Shown in pieces: positions 1-49,396 of a stretch of DNA of 64,000 bases (position 1 is the first letter of the stretch; the number at the start of each line of letters is the position of its first letter). Below the pieces are notes generated by a model. That model did no database searches and was not told the DNA's origin. It saw only the letters and a list, made by a program, of their open reading frames with translations. The DNA is from Eledone cirrhosa (Eukaryota). Both the position numbers and the translations under genes were made by a program. The stretch spans positions 153,202,001-153,266,000 of the forward strand of contig OZ024741.1 in assembly GCA_964016885.1 (NCBI GenBank), read 5' to 3'.

Positions 1-215
1 GTGGTGGTGGTGGTGGTCATGGTTACACTGGCAGTGGTGGTGGTGCTGGTAATGGCTGTAGTGGTAGTGGTGATGTCAGTGTTGTTGTAGGTAGAGGTGG
101 TGGTGGTGGTGGTGGTCATGGTTACACTGGCAGTGGTACTGGTGCTGGTAATGGCTGTAGTGGTAGTGGTGATGTCAGTGTTGTTGTAGGTAGAGGTGGT
201 GGTGGTGGTGGTGGT
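1..215. repeat. GGT-rich low-complexity region with ~99-bp duplication
   Basis: GGTCATGGTTACACTGGCAGTGGT occurs twice, ~99 bp apart. Confidence 0.8.
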
Positions 216-320
216 GGTTGTGCTAGTTGAGGTTGTAGAAGGGATCCTTATGCTGTTGGTGGTGCTAGTGACAATAGTTCTGGTGGTGTTAGTGATGGTG
301 CTGATAACAGTGGTAATAAT

Positions 321-377
<57 letters not shown>

Positions 378-460
378 ATAATAATAAATTTGAAGACTAA
401 AATCCAAAGAGGGCTCGATAAGGATAAATATATATCAAATATATAAGAACCGTAGAGCAA

Positions 461-585
461 ATATTTATTAAAATAACAGATTAAAGTTTAAGCAAAGAAT
501 CGCTGCTTTCACCCTTAACGGGATCTTCTGATCCGTTAAGGGGGAAAGCAGCGATTCTTTGCTTAAACTTTAATCTGTTATTTTA

Positions 586-593
<8 letters not shown>
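461..593. repeat. Near-perfect foldback palindrome (~65-bp arms, 4-nt loop)
   Basis: Arms differ by one substitution and one indel; loop TTCT. Confidence 0.95.
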
Positions 594-616
<23 letters not shown>

Positions 617-618
617 AT

Positions 619-929
619 GGAGGTACATGGTGTTAGAGCATTGGCTTTGCAATCGAAAGGTTGTGAGTTCAATTCTCAGACCGGGTGATGTGTTGTTTCC
701 TTGAGCAAGACACTTTATTTCACATTGCTCCAGTTTACTCAGCTGTAGAAATGAGATGATAGGAACTGGGGTCCATATCACTCCACTGTAAAGTGGACGT
801 GTAGGTGCCACGGCAAAAAAGCACCCAGCACTCACTGTAAATTAGGAAGGGCATCCAGCTGTAGAAATCAAGCCAGAATCAGTTCCCGTCCCACCCTTGC
901 AAGCAGGGAAAAAGCGGACGTAAAATGAA

Positions 930-964
<35 letters not shown>
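619..964 (+). mobile_element. tRNA-headed SINE (family A) with RTE-derived 3' tail
   Basis: A/B-box-like head (GAGTTCAATTCTC), central CCTTGAGCAAGACACTTT, tail TTAGGAAGGGCATCCAGCTGTAGAAA...GGACGTAAAATGA(TGA)n. Confidence 0.85.
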
Positions 965-1607
965 ATATAATATAAGATCAGTCCTATAAACTGTGGTGTG
1001 CTACTTATCCGATATTTGCATTGCTTTATTGTGCTACAATAAAACTCACCTCCTATATTATATATATATATTTATTTATCTTAATGACTGAGATGTATTG
1101 ATAGTTGAGATGTCCATCCACCACATTAATCCATCCACCCCCATCCTATTGTCCATCCATCTCCACCCCACCTAAAACTCAAAGCTAAGCAGCTTTCTCT
1201 CTTAATGCCTGACATTTTCACAAAATCTTGCAGCAATAGAAGTATATGTATGTGAGTGTATGTATGTATGTGTATGTGTGGGTTTATGTTTGCATGTGTA
1301 AATGTTTGTATGTGTTTGTGTGTGTTGGAGGTTGAAGTGTGTGTGTGTGTGTGTGTGTGTTTTTTTTGCAATCATGGTTTCCTGTGTTTAATCTCACTGA
1401 ACAAATATCTTTACCATTACCTTAAATCAATCCAACTCTTGGGAGTGAAATTTGGGTAGACAGAAGCTGTGTGGAAGCCCTCAGCCTGAGGATTACATTA
1501 AGGGTACACATGTCTGTGGAATACTCAGTCACTTTATACACTCATACAATAAATATGTAGTACAGTTGATCAAACAACAGGCATAGTCAGCATCAAAACC
1601 ATAGAAG

Positions 1608-3880
1608 TAGTTAGTATTACACTGTACTAGGTATACTATTAACTATTATAGTTACATGTGGTTAGTATTACACTGTAGTTGACTTTGCCTGTCATCCTTA
1701 CGGGGTCGATAAAATAAAGTACCAGTAATGCACTGGGTAATTGCTGGCCTTGTGCCTAAAGTAGAAACAACTATTAACTATTATAGTTACATGTAGTTAG
1801 TATTACACTGTACTAGGTATACTACTATCTATTATAGTTACATGTGGTTAGTATTACACTGTACTAGGTATACTACTATCTATTATAGTTACATGTGGTT
1901 AGTATTACACTGTACTAGGTATACTACTATCTATTATAGTTACATGTGGTTAGTATTACACTGTACTAGGTATACTACTAACTATTATAGTTACATGTGG
2001 TTAGTATTACACTGTACTAGGTATACTACTATCTATTATAGTTACATGTGGTTAGTATTACACTGTACTAGGTATACTACTATCTATTATAGTTACATGT
2101 GGTTAGTATTACACTGTACTAGGTATACTACTAACTATTATAGTTACATGTAGTTAGTATTACACTGTACTAGGTATACTACTATCTATTATAGTTACAT
2201 GTAGTTAGTATTACACTGTACTAGGTATACTACTAACTATTATAGTTACATGTGGTTAGTATTACACTGTACTAGGTATACTACTATCTATTATAGTTAC
2301 ATGTAGTTAGTATTACACTGTACTAGGTATACTACTATCTATTATAGTTACATGTGGTTAGTATTACACTGTACTAGGTATACTACTATCTATTATAGTT
2401 ACATGTGGTTAGTATTACACTGTACTAGGTATACTACTATCTATTATAGTTACATGTGGTTAGTATTACACTGTACTAGGTATACTACTATCTATTATAG
2501 TTACATGTGGTTAGTATTACACTGTACTAGGTATACTACTAACTATTATAGTTACATGTGGTTAGTATTACACTGTACTAGGTATACTACTATCTATTAT
2601 AGTTACATGTGGTTAGTATTACACTGTACTAGGTATACTACTATCTATTATAGTTACATGTAGTTAGTATTACACTGTACTAGGTATACTACTAACTATT
2701 ATAGTTGGGGTAGTGGGCGGGGTGTATTTTTGTTAGAGGTGCCTACTGACTGTAGTAGGTTTCGCTTTGTATTTAGGCAAGGCGGGTCTTCTGTATTACT
2801 GAGTACCGCCAAAGATCTCGGTCCAGTGACATTGTCTTGGAGAGGTGTAAGTGTGTGAGGTCGGAATTTATCAAGTTGTCCCAGGTTTTTCTGGGTCTGC
2901 CTACTCCGTGGCTACCGTCTATTTTTATTGCCCTGCACCTTTTTATACAGCTGTCGTCTTTCATGCGCATCACGTGACCATACCAACGTAGTCTTCTCTT
3001 GAGTAAACAACATCTGATCCCTCTTATTCCTAATTTTTCCCTTAGTTCGTTTATGCTTTGCCGTTCACGTATATTACTATTACACATCCAGCGGAGCATG
3101 CAAGCTTCGTTTCTCTCCAGTCTGCGTATATCCTCTGCACACAATGCCCAGGTCTCACTGCCATGCAACATTGCTGTTCGTATGCAGGCATCATACAGCC
3201 TGCCTTTCATTTTTAGGGAGAACCCTTTAGCGGTTAATAGTGGTATAAGCTCTCTGAACTTTTTCCATCCAGTTCTGACTCTAGCTACTGTACTTTCAGA
3301 GCACCCTCCCCCACTTGCTGATTTTGTCACCCAGGTAACGGAAGGTGTCCACTATTTCTATAGAACCATCTGTGCAATGGAATGAGCTAGTATTCTATGG
3401 GCATTTGCTGCTACTTATTGCACCAGAGCACCGGCCACATATAAAATCTATATTCTTAGTTAGCTTACCTGTGATCCCACTACATTTTTTATGCACCCAT
3501 ACTTTGCATTTGGGACATAAAATGGAGTTTCTGCCTACTCCTTTCCTACACACTGAGCATGGCCATTTCCCGGATGGGACCAGTGCCCTATTTTCCTTCC
3601 TACAAACTAGAACTTTAGTCTTAGACAGGTTAATTTTAAGGCCTTTTGATTCTAGGCCATGCTTCCATGTTTGCAATTTCTTCTCTAGTTCAGCCATTGA
3701 TTCAGCTATGAGCGTTAGATCATCTGTGTATAGGAGTTCCCATGGGCAGCCGGTCTTGCATGTAGTTAGTATTACACTGTACTAGGTATACTACTATCTA
3801 TTATAGTTACATGTTGTCAGTATTCCACTGTACTGGGTATAGTATTAACTACAATAGTCAATAATACTATTATAGTTACA
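1608..3880. repeat. 51-bp tandem satellite (GTTAGTATTACACTGTACTAGGTATACTACTATCTATTATAGTTACATGTG), about 20 units, interrupted by SINE and RTE fragments
   Basis: Near-identical units 1773-2706; resumes at 3759 and then decays. Confidence 0.95.
2707..3758 (-). mobile_element. RTE fragment (same family), truncated at both ends, inserted into the 51-bp satellite
   Basis: ORFs 3395-3697 and 2773-3330 nearly identical to 34586-35710; ends about 65 nt past the stop, lacks tail. Confidence 0.92.
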
Positions 3881-5159
3881 ATAACTAGTAAATCAAATAG
3901 ACCTACTCATCCATGACTGACCATAGGTTTGATCCTAGAAAGTTCCTCTCTAAGGTGCAAGGTGTTTTATTGAAGACCAACAGTCAGCCATGCATGACAG
4001 TTATTCCTCTCCACATCACCGATGTTGTCCGAAGGAAAGACAAAGGCTGATACAGCATGACACCAGTACCGTCACAAGTGAATGAATCCCCTCTAAAAGA
4101 CTAGCAATCAGCCATGCATGTCTAAAGGAAAGGCAAATGCCCATACAGCTTTGCACCAGTGTTGTCACAGATGAATGACACTCCCCCAGACAGGATGCGA
4201 GTCCATCGCAGGGTTAACTCCCTGCTTTTGGTAATCATTTTTTTTCCACATGAGAAGACTGGAGCAATGTGAAACCAAGTGTCCTGTTCAAGGACACAAC
4301 CCATCACCTGGTTAGGGGAATCAAACTCAAGAACTTACATCACTCTAACCATTAACCCATTTTTTTTACTATGGCCACCAATACTGACATAGATACCAAT
4401 AACAAAATAAATTCTGTGTCTATGTAACTTTCTATGTATGTGTGTGAACATTTCTATTGTCTTTCATATCTCATATCACCTGTTATCTCACCCTCCTAAC
4501 AGATATTTAATATGCCTGAGGCTTTCACCTGTAATCTCAGCTACTACCAGATATTAATACACCTGGTTTTCACCTGCAATCTCGTCTACTACATACTGGT
4601 CAATTTACTTTATGTAAAACAAGCGTCTATGTAGTCATTCAGCCTACTAAAAATAGCAGCTAAATCTCTTTCGAATTACAACTTACTGTTTCTAAGAAGA
4701 AACAGTAATGTCTTACTGGATAGCGTAGTGGTAAAAGGGATGGTTGTAGCTGATTATAGGTATACTTGATCTGGCTTGGCCTGGGCTAAACAAAAGGATG
4801 GTCACGGATGGAGTACCTCTGGTTATAGGTTTATTCAATCAGGGTTAATCTGGAGCTAAACCAAAACATGTTAGCAAACAATACATTAATTTCTCTTTTG
4901 TTGAGATTGTTAGTTTCAGGTGTCTTTATTATCTTAGTTCATCTTTATGGGGGTAGGTACCATTGGATCTTCTGATGTGTGTCAGGGAAATGTAACCTGT
5001 GATAGACTGGTATCATATCCAGGTGGAGATTTATCTCACTTCTGGACTTGGGACAGACTTCAACTTTTTGTTTATATATATATATTATTGTTAAACCATT
5101 TTTTCACTCATATTTTGTCTATCTTCTTCATTTTTCTCTCTTCTCTTTCTTTCCACCAG

Positions 5160-41568
<36,409 letters not shown>

Positions 41569-41599
41569 TGGCTTTAACAATTCATTTCTTGTTGTTGTT

Positions 41600-42095
41600 T
41601 TCTACCTTAGAGAAAGAACTAGAAAAAATCTTCCTTCCTTAAAGAAGGATATAGAAAAATCTTTCTTTCTTAAAGGAACATCTAGAGAGACCTTCCTTAA
41701 GAGAAAGTTTAGAGAGATTTCTATGTTACAGAAAAACCTAGAAAAATGTTCCTTCCTTAAACAGAGACTTAGAAAAAATTTACTCCTCAAAAATAGACCT
41801 AGAAAGATCCTTCCTCTTTAAAGGCAGTCGAGAAAGATTCTTCTTCTTTAGAGGAAAACCAGAGAGATCTTTCCTCCTTAAAGGCACAGTAGAAAGATCT
41901 TTCCAACTTCAACGGAGATATAGAAAAATCTTTCCTCCTTAAAGGGAATCTAGAGAGATATTTCCTCTTTAAAGGAGGCCCTAGAGAGATCTTTCTTTTT
42001 TAAAGGAGACCCTAGAGAAACATTTCTTCCTTAAGGGAGAGCCTAGAGAGACATTTCTATGTTAAAGAAAGATCTAGAAATATTCCTAGACGATT
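41600..42095. repeat. Degenerate ~33-bp tandem repeat just after the stop codon (putative 3' UTR)
   Basis: About 15 units of CTAGA(G/A)A(G/A)ATCTTTC(T/C)TCCTTAAAGGAGA-like sequence. Confidence 0.8.
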
Positions 42096-42403
42096 TGTTT
42101 CTCTTCTTGCTCCATTGTTTGTTTCTTCCATAAAGAAATATTTTACTAAAAGACGTTCCACCCCAGCCAACCCCACCATTTAACTTGTCGTGCATTTCTT
42201 TAATAATCACCACTGCCATCATTACTATCATCACCGCCATCACCATTACCACCACCACTATCATCATCATCACCATTTCATTAGAGGTTTTGCTCAAACT
42301 TGCTCCAATTAGTGCTGGGTTCTAGAAAAGTCTTAGATACTGCCTCTAGCCCCAACTTTCTATGCCCCCATATTGCCCCATCCCCATCATATCATTTTCT
42401 TTG

Positions 42404-42748
42404 CCCACTTATTCCTGAGAGGGTCATAGAGGCAGATTCCTCAAACACTCCTTCCAGCAGGTCCTGTCAGAAGCAACCGTCTCGAACTGATCCAGCTGGA
42501 TCCCCAAGCATGACCAGCCAAGCTCATGGATGTTATCCAACCATCTTATTCTGGGTCTCCTGCTGGTTGGTTTTGCTCGTAAAATCTGTCCAACGATTCT
42601 TTCCTGAGACATTCTAATCACATGTCCATAGTATCGGGGCTGTGATCTCTCAATTCGGAGAAGTAGCGGCTCTACCTGGAGTGACTTTCTGATCTCCGAG
42701 CTACACACTCGATCGAGTAATGTTACTCCGAAGACCCATTTCGGCCGT
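42404..42748 (-). mobile_element. Rex3/Expander-like RTE 3' fragment, downstream of the stop codon
   Basis: VEPLLLRIERSQPRYYGHVIRMSQER. Confidence 0.8.
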
Positions 42749-43986
42749 ATAATAATAGTAATTATAACAACAACAATAACTTCTTTATTTAAGGATATTT
42801 AACATTGGAAACAAGGCTAGTAATTTTAGGGGAAAGGAAAGTCAATTAAATCAACTCCAGTACTTAAATGATGCTTTATCGGCCCAGGAAGAATGAAAGG
42901 CAAAGTTGATCTTGATGGGATTTGAATACAGAACATAAAGAGCTAGTAGAAATACCATGAACACATCATCTGATGCCCTAACAATTCTGCCAATCCACCA
43001 CCTTCATTACAATAGCAATAATAATTGACAACCTCTATATGACTACCAAAGTATCTTGTATATTATTGTTAGAAGCAGCACAAAACCCAGATGTTCTGTT
43101 AGGACTCACTCCTAAAGCAAGCAGAGTTATCTGCTTGTTCCACTATTATTCTAGACTGCCTTCCCCTTCCCATTTACTCTCTCTCTCTCTCCCCACTACT
43201 AGCAACCATTCCTACTTTATGCTTCAGTGAACCAAGAGAGCTTGGCCATACAGCCTAATAGTAATAGCAGCCAAATCTCCCTTAAAATCACACTATGCTG
43301 TCTTCAAAAAATAACTGGCTAATGTGATCCTGAGTCACGGGAATATAAAAAAAGACTGGCTAGTCATGACTGGAGAGCATTTGATTCTGTAAGTTAGTTT
43401 GATCAGGCTAAGCAGCAATGACAACCCTGAAATCACACACTGCTGTGTCTTCAGCAAGGAAATAATACAGTAGATAACATAAATGGGATGATAATGGCTG
43501 AAATATTTTAGACAATAAATGAATGAGGGCTGACTGGGAGGGGGAAAGGTCAGCTGATCAACAGTGTTGGTGTTGGTGATGGTGGTGGAGGTAGTGAAGC
43601 CTCAAACAAAAACAAAGCAATTGTATTTTAAATTTTTATTGTTTATGTATTTTTTTTCTTTCATTCAATGAAGGTTTATCATTTACTGATTGATATTTTA
43701 GGTGTAAGGTCTGGAGACGGGGACCTTTTGTAAGCACTACCACACACACACACACATATATATATATATACATGTATCATCTTCATCATTTAACGTCTAT
43801 TTTCCATGCTTGCATGGGTTAGACAGGTTTGTCATGATATGAGACAAATCAAGTCAGGTGACCACATCTTGTTCAAACGGATTCATTTTGGCTTTGATTC
43901 TACTGCTTGATGCCCTTCCTAATAATAACCACATTACAATGTGGACTGGGCTCTTTTTGTCGTATCACCAGGACAACTGAATTTAC

Positions 43987-44021
<35 letters not shown>

Positions 44022-47000
44022 AATGTATATGTGTATATGTATGTATACATATATATATACATGTATATGTATGCATATATATATATATATACATACACAC
44101 ACACAGAACCAAACACACACACACACATTTGCTAAAATGAAATAAAGATTGTGTCATGATGATTAGTTTTAAGATTTCAAACCAGAGGCGATTCTGTTGG
44201 AAAAGAAATTAAGAATAATGACAAAACCACCCTGTTAAGAATTTCTTTCTTTCCTATCATAGGCACACAAGCCCATTTCCATTTTTCAAACTCTATTTAA
44301 CATATTGTTTACCCTCAGAGACAAGAATTCAATTCTACTTATCCTAGTAGGTTCTACATCACTATTTAGTATTTTAATTTCTTGAATAAATTCTAAACAA
44401 AATGATAGATTATAATATTTGAGTGTTGAAATTTCTGGAGGACATTGTGAAAATAACCAAGCATGATATCATAAAGAGGAAAGAAGCATCGTTTCTTTTA
44501 AGAGTCTGGTTCCACAACCTTTTGCAACCTCCCAATACGCTTCTACTAATAAATACATTTATTAATAGTCTGTGTGTCTGCTTTTAACAACATTTAGAAA
44601 CTTAAACCTGGGTGACTTTGGTTAACGACTGCAGGTTAACTTGTTTAACTTGTAGCTAACTTATTTAACCATAATACTCTTGTTTAAGCACTGGGAGAAT
44701 AATGCAACTGTGCGCATGTGTGTATGTAGGTATGTGTACATAAGTTTTTGTTATGTGTTATATAGGTTCATATGCACAGATGTGCCCACATACAAAACAC
44801 ATGTGCATTTCTATAATATATCATTTGTATATGTATGTATAAATGCTGCACATTTGCTTATATATATATATATATATATAGTTTTAATAAGATGAGATTC
44901 TACAGGACTAGAACTGTTTCATTCTTTAGAAATCATCAGGAGTATATATATATATATATATATATACTCAGGCACATATACATAATAGGTGCATCTATGT
45001 GTATACTCACAGCTGTATGTTTTTTTATTTGTTTTGTTTATTGTTGTTGTCATTGTTGTTGCTGTTTAAAAGTTAATGTAAAAAACATTTTGTCTGAGAT
45101 TATTGAGTTACAGTGCCAACTTTTTAATTACACAAATTAGTCTAATTAAGTAGTTATGTTTATGGCATTGTATCATCATTAACAAACATGTTGAAAGAAA
45201 TCCATCATGTTGTGTGTATACGTTTGTTCATGTATCTATATTTGTGTACATGTTTATGTATGTATATGTTTGAGTGTTTGTCTATGTGTGTGTAAGTGTG
45301 TTTTAAAGTATAGACCTTGTCATCAACTCACTCAATTACTTATCCCCTCTCTTTCTCTCTATCTCTATCAGTCTTTATTTCTCTCTCTCTCTCCTTACCA
45401 TGGGTAGAAATTGAACCAGTGTTATGCTTCTTTACTTGCTTTCGTCAATGTTTTCGGTTGCTTGACTATTCTCACAAGAAATACTAAAAATAACAACAGT
45501 CACCCTCTCACTCCCAGTAATCCTTCTGCAATTTTGCATTGTTCCTTAAATCCTTTGAAATTCCTACCTTTAACTATATATGTAAAATCTCCCTATTTAA
45601 CTTTTTTTATTCCACCCCATAAACCTATACAGACACATCTAAATTTTACCCAGTATTAAACCAATACATAATTTCAATTATTTAGATCATAAGAAACCCA
45701 TATTATTTTTGTTTTAAATGTTAGCCCATTTTAAATTTTACCAAGATTTATAAAATTGTAGTTATTTTAACCCATAGAAACACATTAAGAATTTTTTTTT
45801 TTAGATAGTACTCCATAAACTGTAAACCTACATATTTAAAACAATTATAATTATTTTTTGCTACAATGACAGATGTTAGTATTTTATCCCTAACCTATAT
45901 ATATTTTGACATTAACATATTTTTATTTTATTTTATCCCATAATCTGTTTCAAAAAAGTCCAAACTTTGTTTTTAATATTTTAACCCAGACTCTCTAAAC
46001 CCACACCTCAAAAATTACTTTTTATCCCAATTTGATTTTGTTTTGTACATAACCTTTAATACAGTGCTGCAAATTGTCTCAGATTTTTAACATTCAACAC
46101 ACAAACTAGACGTTCACTGTCGATTATAATAAATGTATGAAGTTTTATAGATAAAACTTCATACATTTATCGAATTTTTTGAAAAAAATTATTAAAAAAC
46201 AAGACATTATTTTGTTGTTTTTTAAATATTTTTCAAAGACAAATCACTCCTCTCCTGTTTTGTTTGTTAAATATTGGATTAATTGATCAACCTTCATTAT
46301 GAAAGATTATTATTATTATTATTTGAATTTGTTAAAACAAAATTATATTTAAATGTGCATTGAGATTTTTTTTCATTTCTATTTCATATTTTAAATATCA
46401 TTAACAGCGTCTATCAGTTTAGCTTCACATACACATGTGTATATATATAATGGCTGCATCTTGATTTCAAGAATTGCCATCCCTTGACCTTTGGTGGCAG
46501 GAATATAACTTTTTAGTCCTTCCAAGGTCTTAGATTCCTTTCTGCAATGAAAGAAAAAAGAAAAGACCATGCTCATGCAACATGTGAAAAACTGGCTGAT
46601 GTATTTTAAAATTGTCATTTATCTTCTTTCAATTTTACATTTGTTTTATAGAGGGAAATATTATTTCCATTTGATGAACCAATATATATTGTGTCATGTG
46701 TTCTACACACCGGGCTCCTCAGTACCATGGTCATGTCTCATACAGGGCCATAGCTATGTATACTCAGTGCTACCATCATGTTTAACCAGTGTCACAGCCA
46801 TACCTGCCTCTCCAGCATCACAGCCATGCCTCCAAAAGTGTCACAGCCATACCCCCACTGTGTCAAAGACAGGTCTCTTTCATGCCATATTGTCTACTGC
46901 CCAAGTTTCTCCACTACCACGTGCGTATGTTTGTCTGAAAATGTGTACATGTATTTGTATGAGTGTGTATGTGTGTATTTAAACCGATCTTCATTTCCTT

Positions 47001-47074
47001 GTAGCTTTCTCTCTCTCTCTCTCTCTATAATATATATATATAATATATATATATATAATATATATATAATATAT

Positions 47075-47155
<81 letters not shown>

Positions 47156-49210
47156 TTTAGTACAGCTTTAACGGAGCTTTAGTTCGCGACCAAGCTAACG
47201 AATGCAAATTCGGTATGTAGCTTTAGCACTCGGATGGGAAAAAGTACCCCAGAGTAATAACAATACGTTTAGACAACTTAGCAAATCAAATATAACGATC
47301 GGCAGTCCAGCCGCATCACCAGAGCAACGAAAATATCGAAATTCATGTGTGTTTCTATTATGAAGAATAAAAACAACTTCACTTAATAGGCTAAAGAAAT
47401 GAAAAAGTAAACTAAAGGGAAGTAACTATTAATATAACTAGAACTAAGGGAAGTAATTTATTCGGAAACGTCATTTCAACTTTTAACACTATTTAGATGA
47501 AGATTTTCAAACAGTAGCGGTTTTATACCATAGAACAACTTTTCTAAAACTAACAATTACCAGTTCCCCGTCTTTATTAATGAGAAGACAATACTATAAC
47601 AGAATTATGGCTAGAAAATCAACCTTAAACAATGCAATTTATTCAACCCCTTTCTAGCTCACACGCCCCCCCCCCCCCCCCCCCCCCAGCACAAGGTGTG
47701 CCTATCTTTTCCTTCCCACTCCAATGAGAAACCAATTGTTTTTAGAGTCAATTTTATTTTATTCGACCATTTTAATAGGTTCTTAGTTTTAAATATATTG
47801 AATTATGACGAACGCCTGGTTGTATCTTAAAGGAGCTTGCTACACAACCACATGGTTTCAGATACAGTCCCCACTGTGGTATGGCAAGTGTCATCTATTA
47901 TAGCTTCAGTTTCACCAATGCACCAATGCATTGAGTGATAAAAATGGTGTGGAAGTCGGTTATATATATATATATAATGTGTGTATTTATGTCTATGATA
48001 ATATTTAATGCTTGTTTATATGTCTTGTAACTTAACAGTTAAAAAATAGAGATCTATAAAATAAGTACTTTGGTTAATGTGATTGACTAAAATCCTTTGA
48101 AGGCATTGCCCCAGTATGGCTACAACCTACTGACTGAAATCAGTAAAAGTATGTAAATATTTTATGTCTTATAAAAAAAAGTGTTTACATTGCTTCTAAC
48201 TGAGCAGTTTGCTGTGTAATTTTCTGTGGAATCAAAGACAATATTTATTGTTTGACTGCCATTATAAGGTTTAATATTTGATTTTATTGGTTGGTAGTAT
48301 CTTTTTTTATTATTATTTTATATCATGTTTCTAAAATTGCTGTTTAATTAATTGTAATCTAAAGATTTTGTTTAAACAATATATATATTTGAAGCCATTC
48401 CTGAAGATTGAAGATGACCACCCTACTTCACATTGAAAATAATTGAGTCATTCTGAAGTATTCGGTCCTACACTCCACTCTATCATTCCCCAATCATGGT
48501 TTTCTCTCCACCCTCCTTCCTTCCATCATTACTAGCACCTCTCTCCACCACCCCTCCCTCCCTCTGCCCATCCTACACTCTTCACACACTTCTTTCATCA
48601 CATGTATATTCCAACAGGAAAGCCCTTTATTTATTATATTCTCTACTATTCTGTTTGTTTGAGCTAGCCCCTATCTTAGGAGATCATTGATGGCCCAGTA
48701 GACAGAGATCCAGACAACCAGCTCTAAAAAGCAGAGGTGATTCATATATCATGTTATTGACAAAGACTATATATAGTATTTATAGCTCTCTAGGTTTAAC
48801 AGTCACAAACATATATCATCAACAGCATCATTTTTATGTCTATTTTTCCCTGAGTGCCCCTCCTCTCCACTCTCCCCTTTTTTACTTCTAGTATGCTAAT
48901 GCTATTACTTGCTATAGCATATATATACACACACACACGCACATATATTTTCTAAGTAAAACAGTAGCTATGACTTCAAAACAACCAAACTGAAACTAAA
49001 AGTCACCACCACTTTTCTACTTATAGAAAATAAATTTCTAGACCCTCCCTACCAGTATTGAGTGGACATTCAATTAATGTTTGAATGTTTTACATACTAT
49101 TTTATTTTAAATGTATTTAAATACATATATATGTATGTGTGTGTAAAATGATGGTGATGATGATATACACAAATGCAAATGGCATTTTATCATTGTCATT
49201 CATTATGTCA

Positions 49211-49396
49211 CGGTGGATTGGCAGTATCAGTAGAGGGTCGGACGCCATGCTTTCCAGCATAGTTACGTCCCTTTACGATCTGAGTTCAAATCCCGCCGAG
49301 GTTGACTTTGCCTTTCATCCTTACGGGGTCGATAAAATAAAGTACCAGTAATACACTGGGTAATTGCTGGCCTTGTGCCTAAAGTAGAAACAATTA
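49211..49396 (+). mobile_element. SINE family B, young copy
   Basis: Near-identical to 36886-37066. Confidence 0.85.

Noticed and set aside
1842-2663. ORFs of repeated MWLVLHCTRYTTIYYSY
   Set aside because: By-product of a 51-bp unit divisible by 3; variant units contain TAG stops
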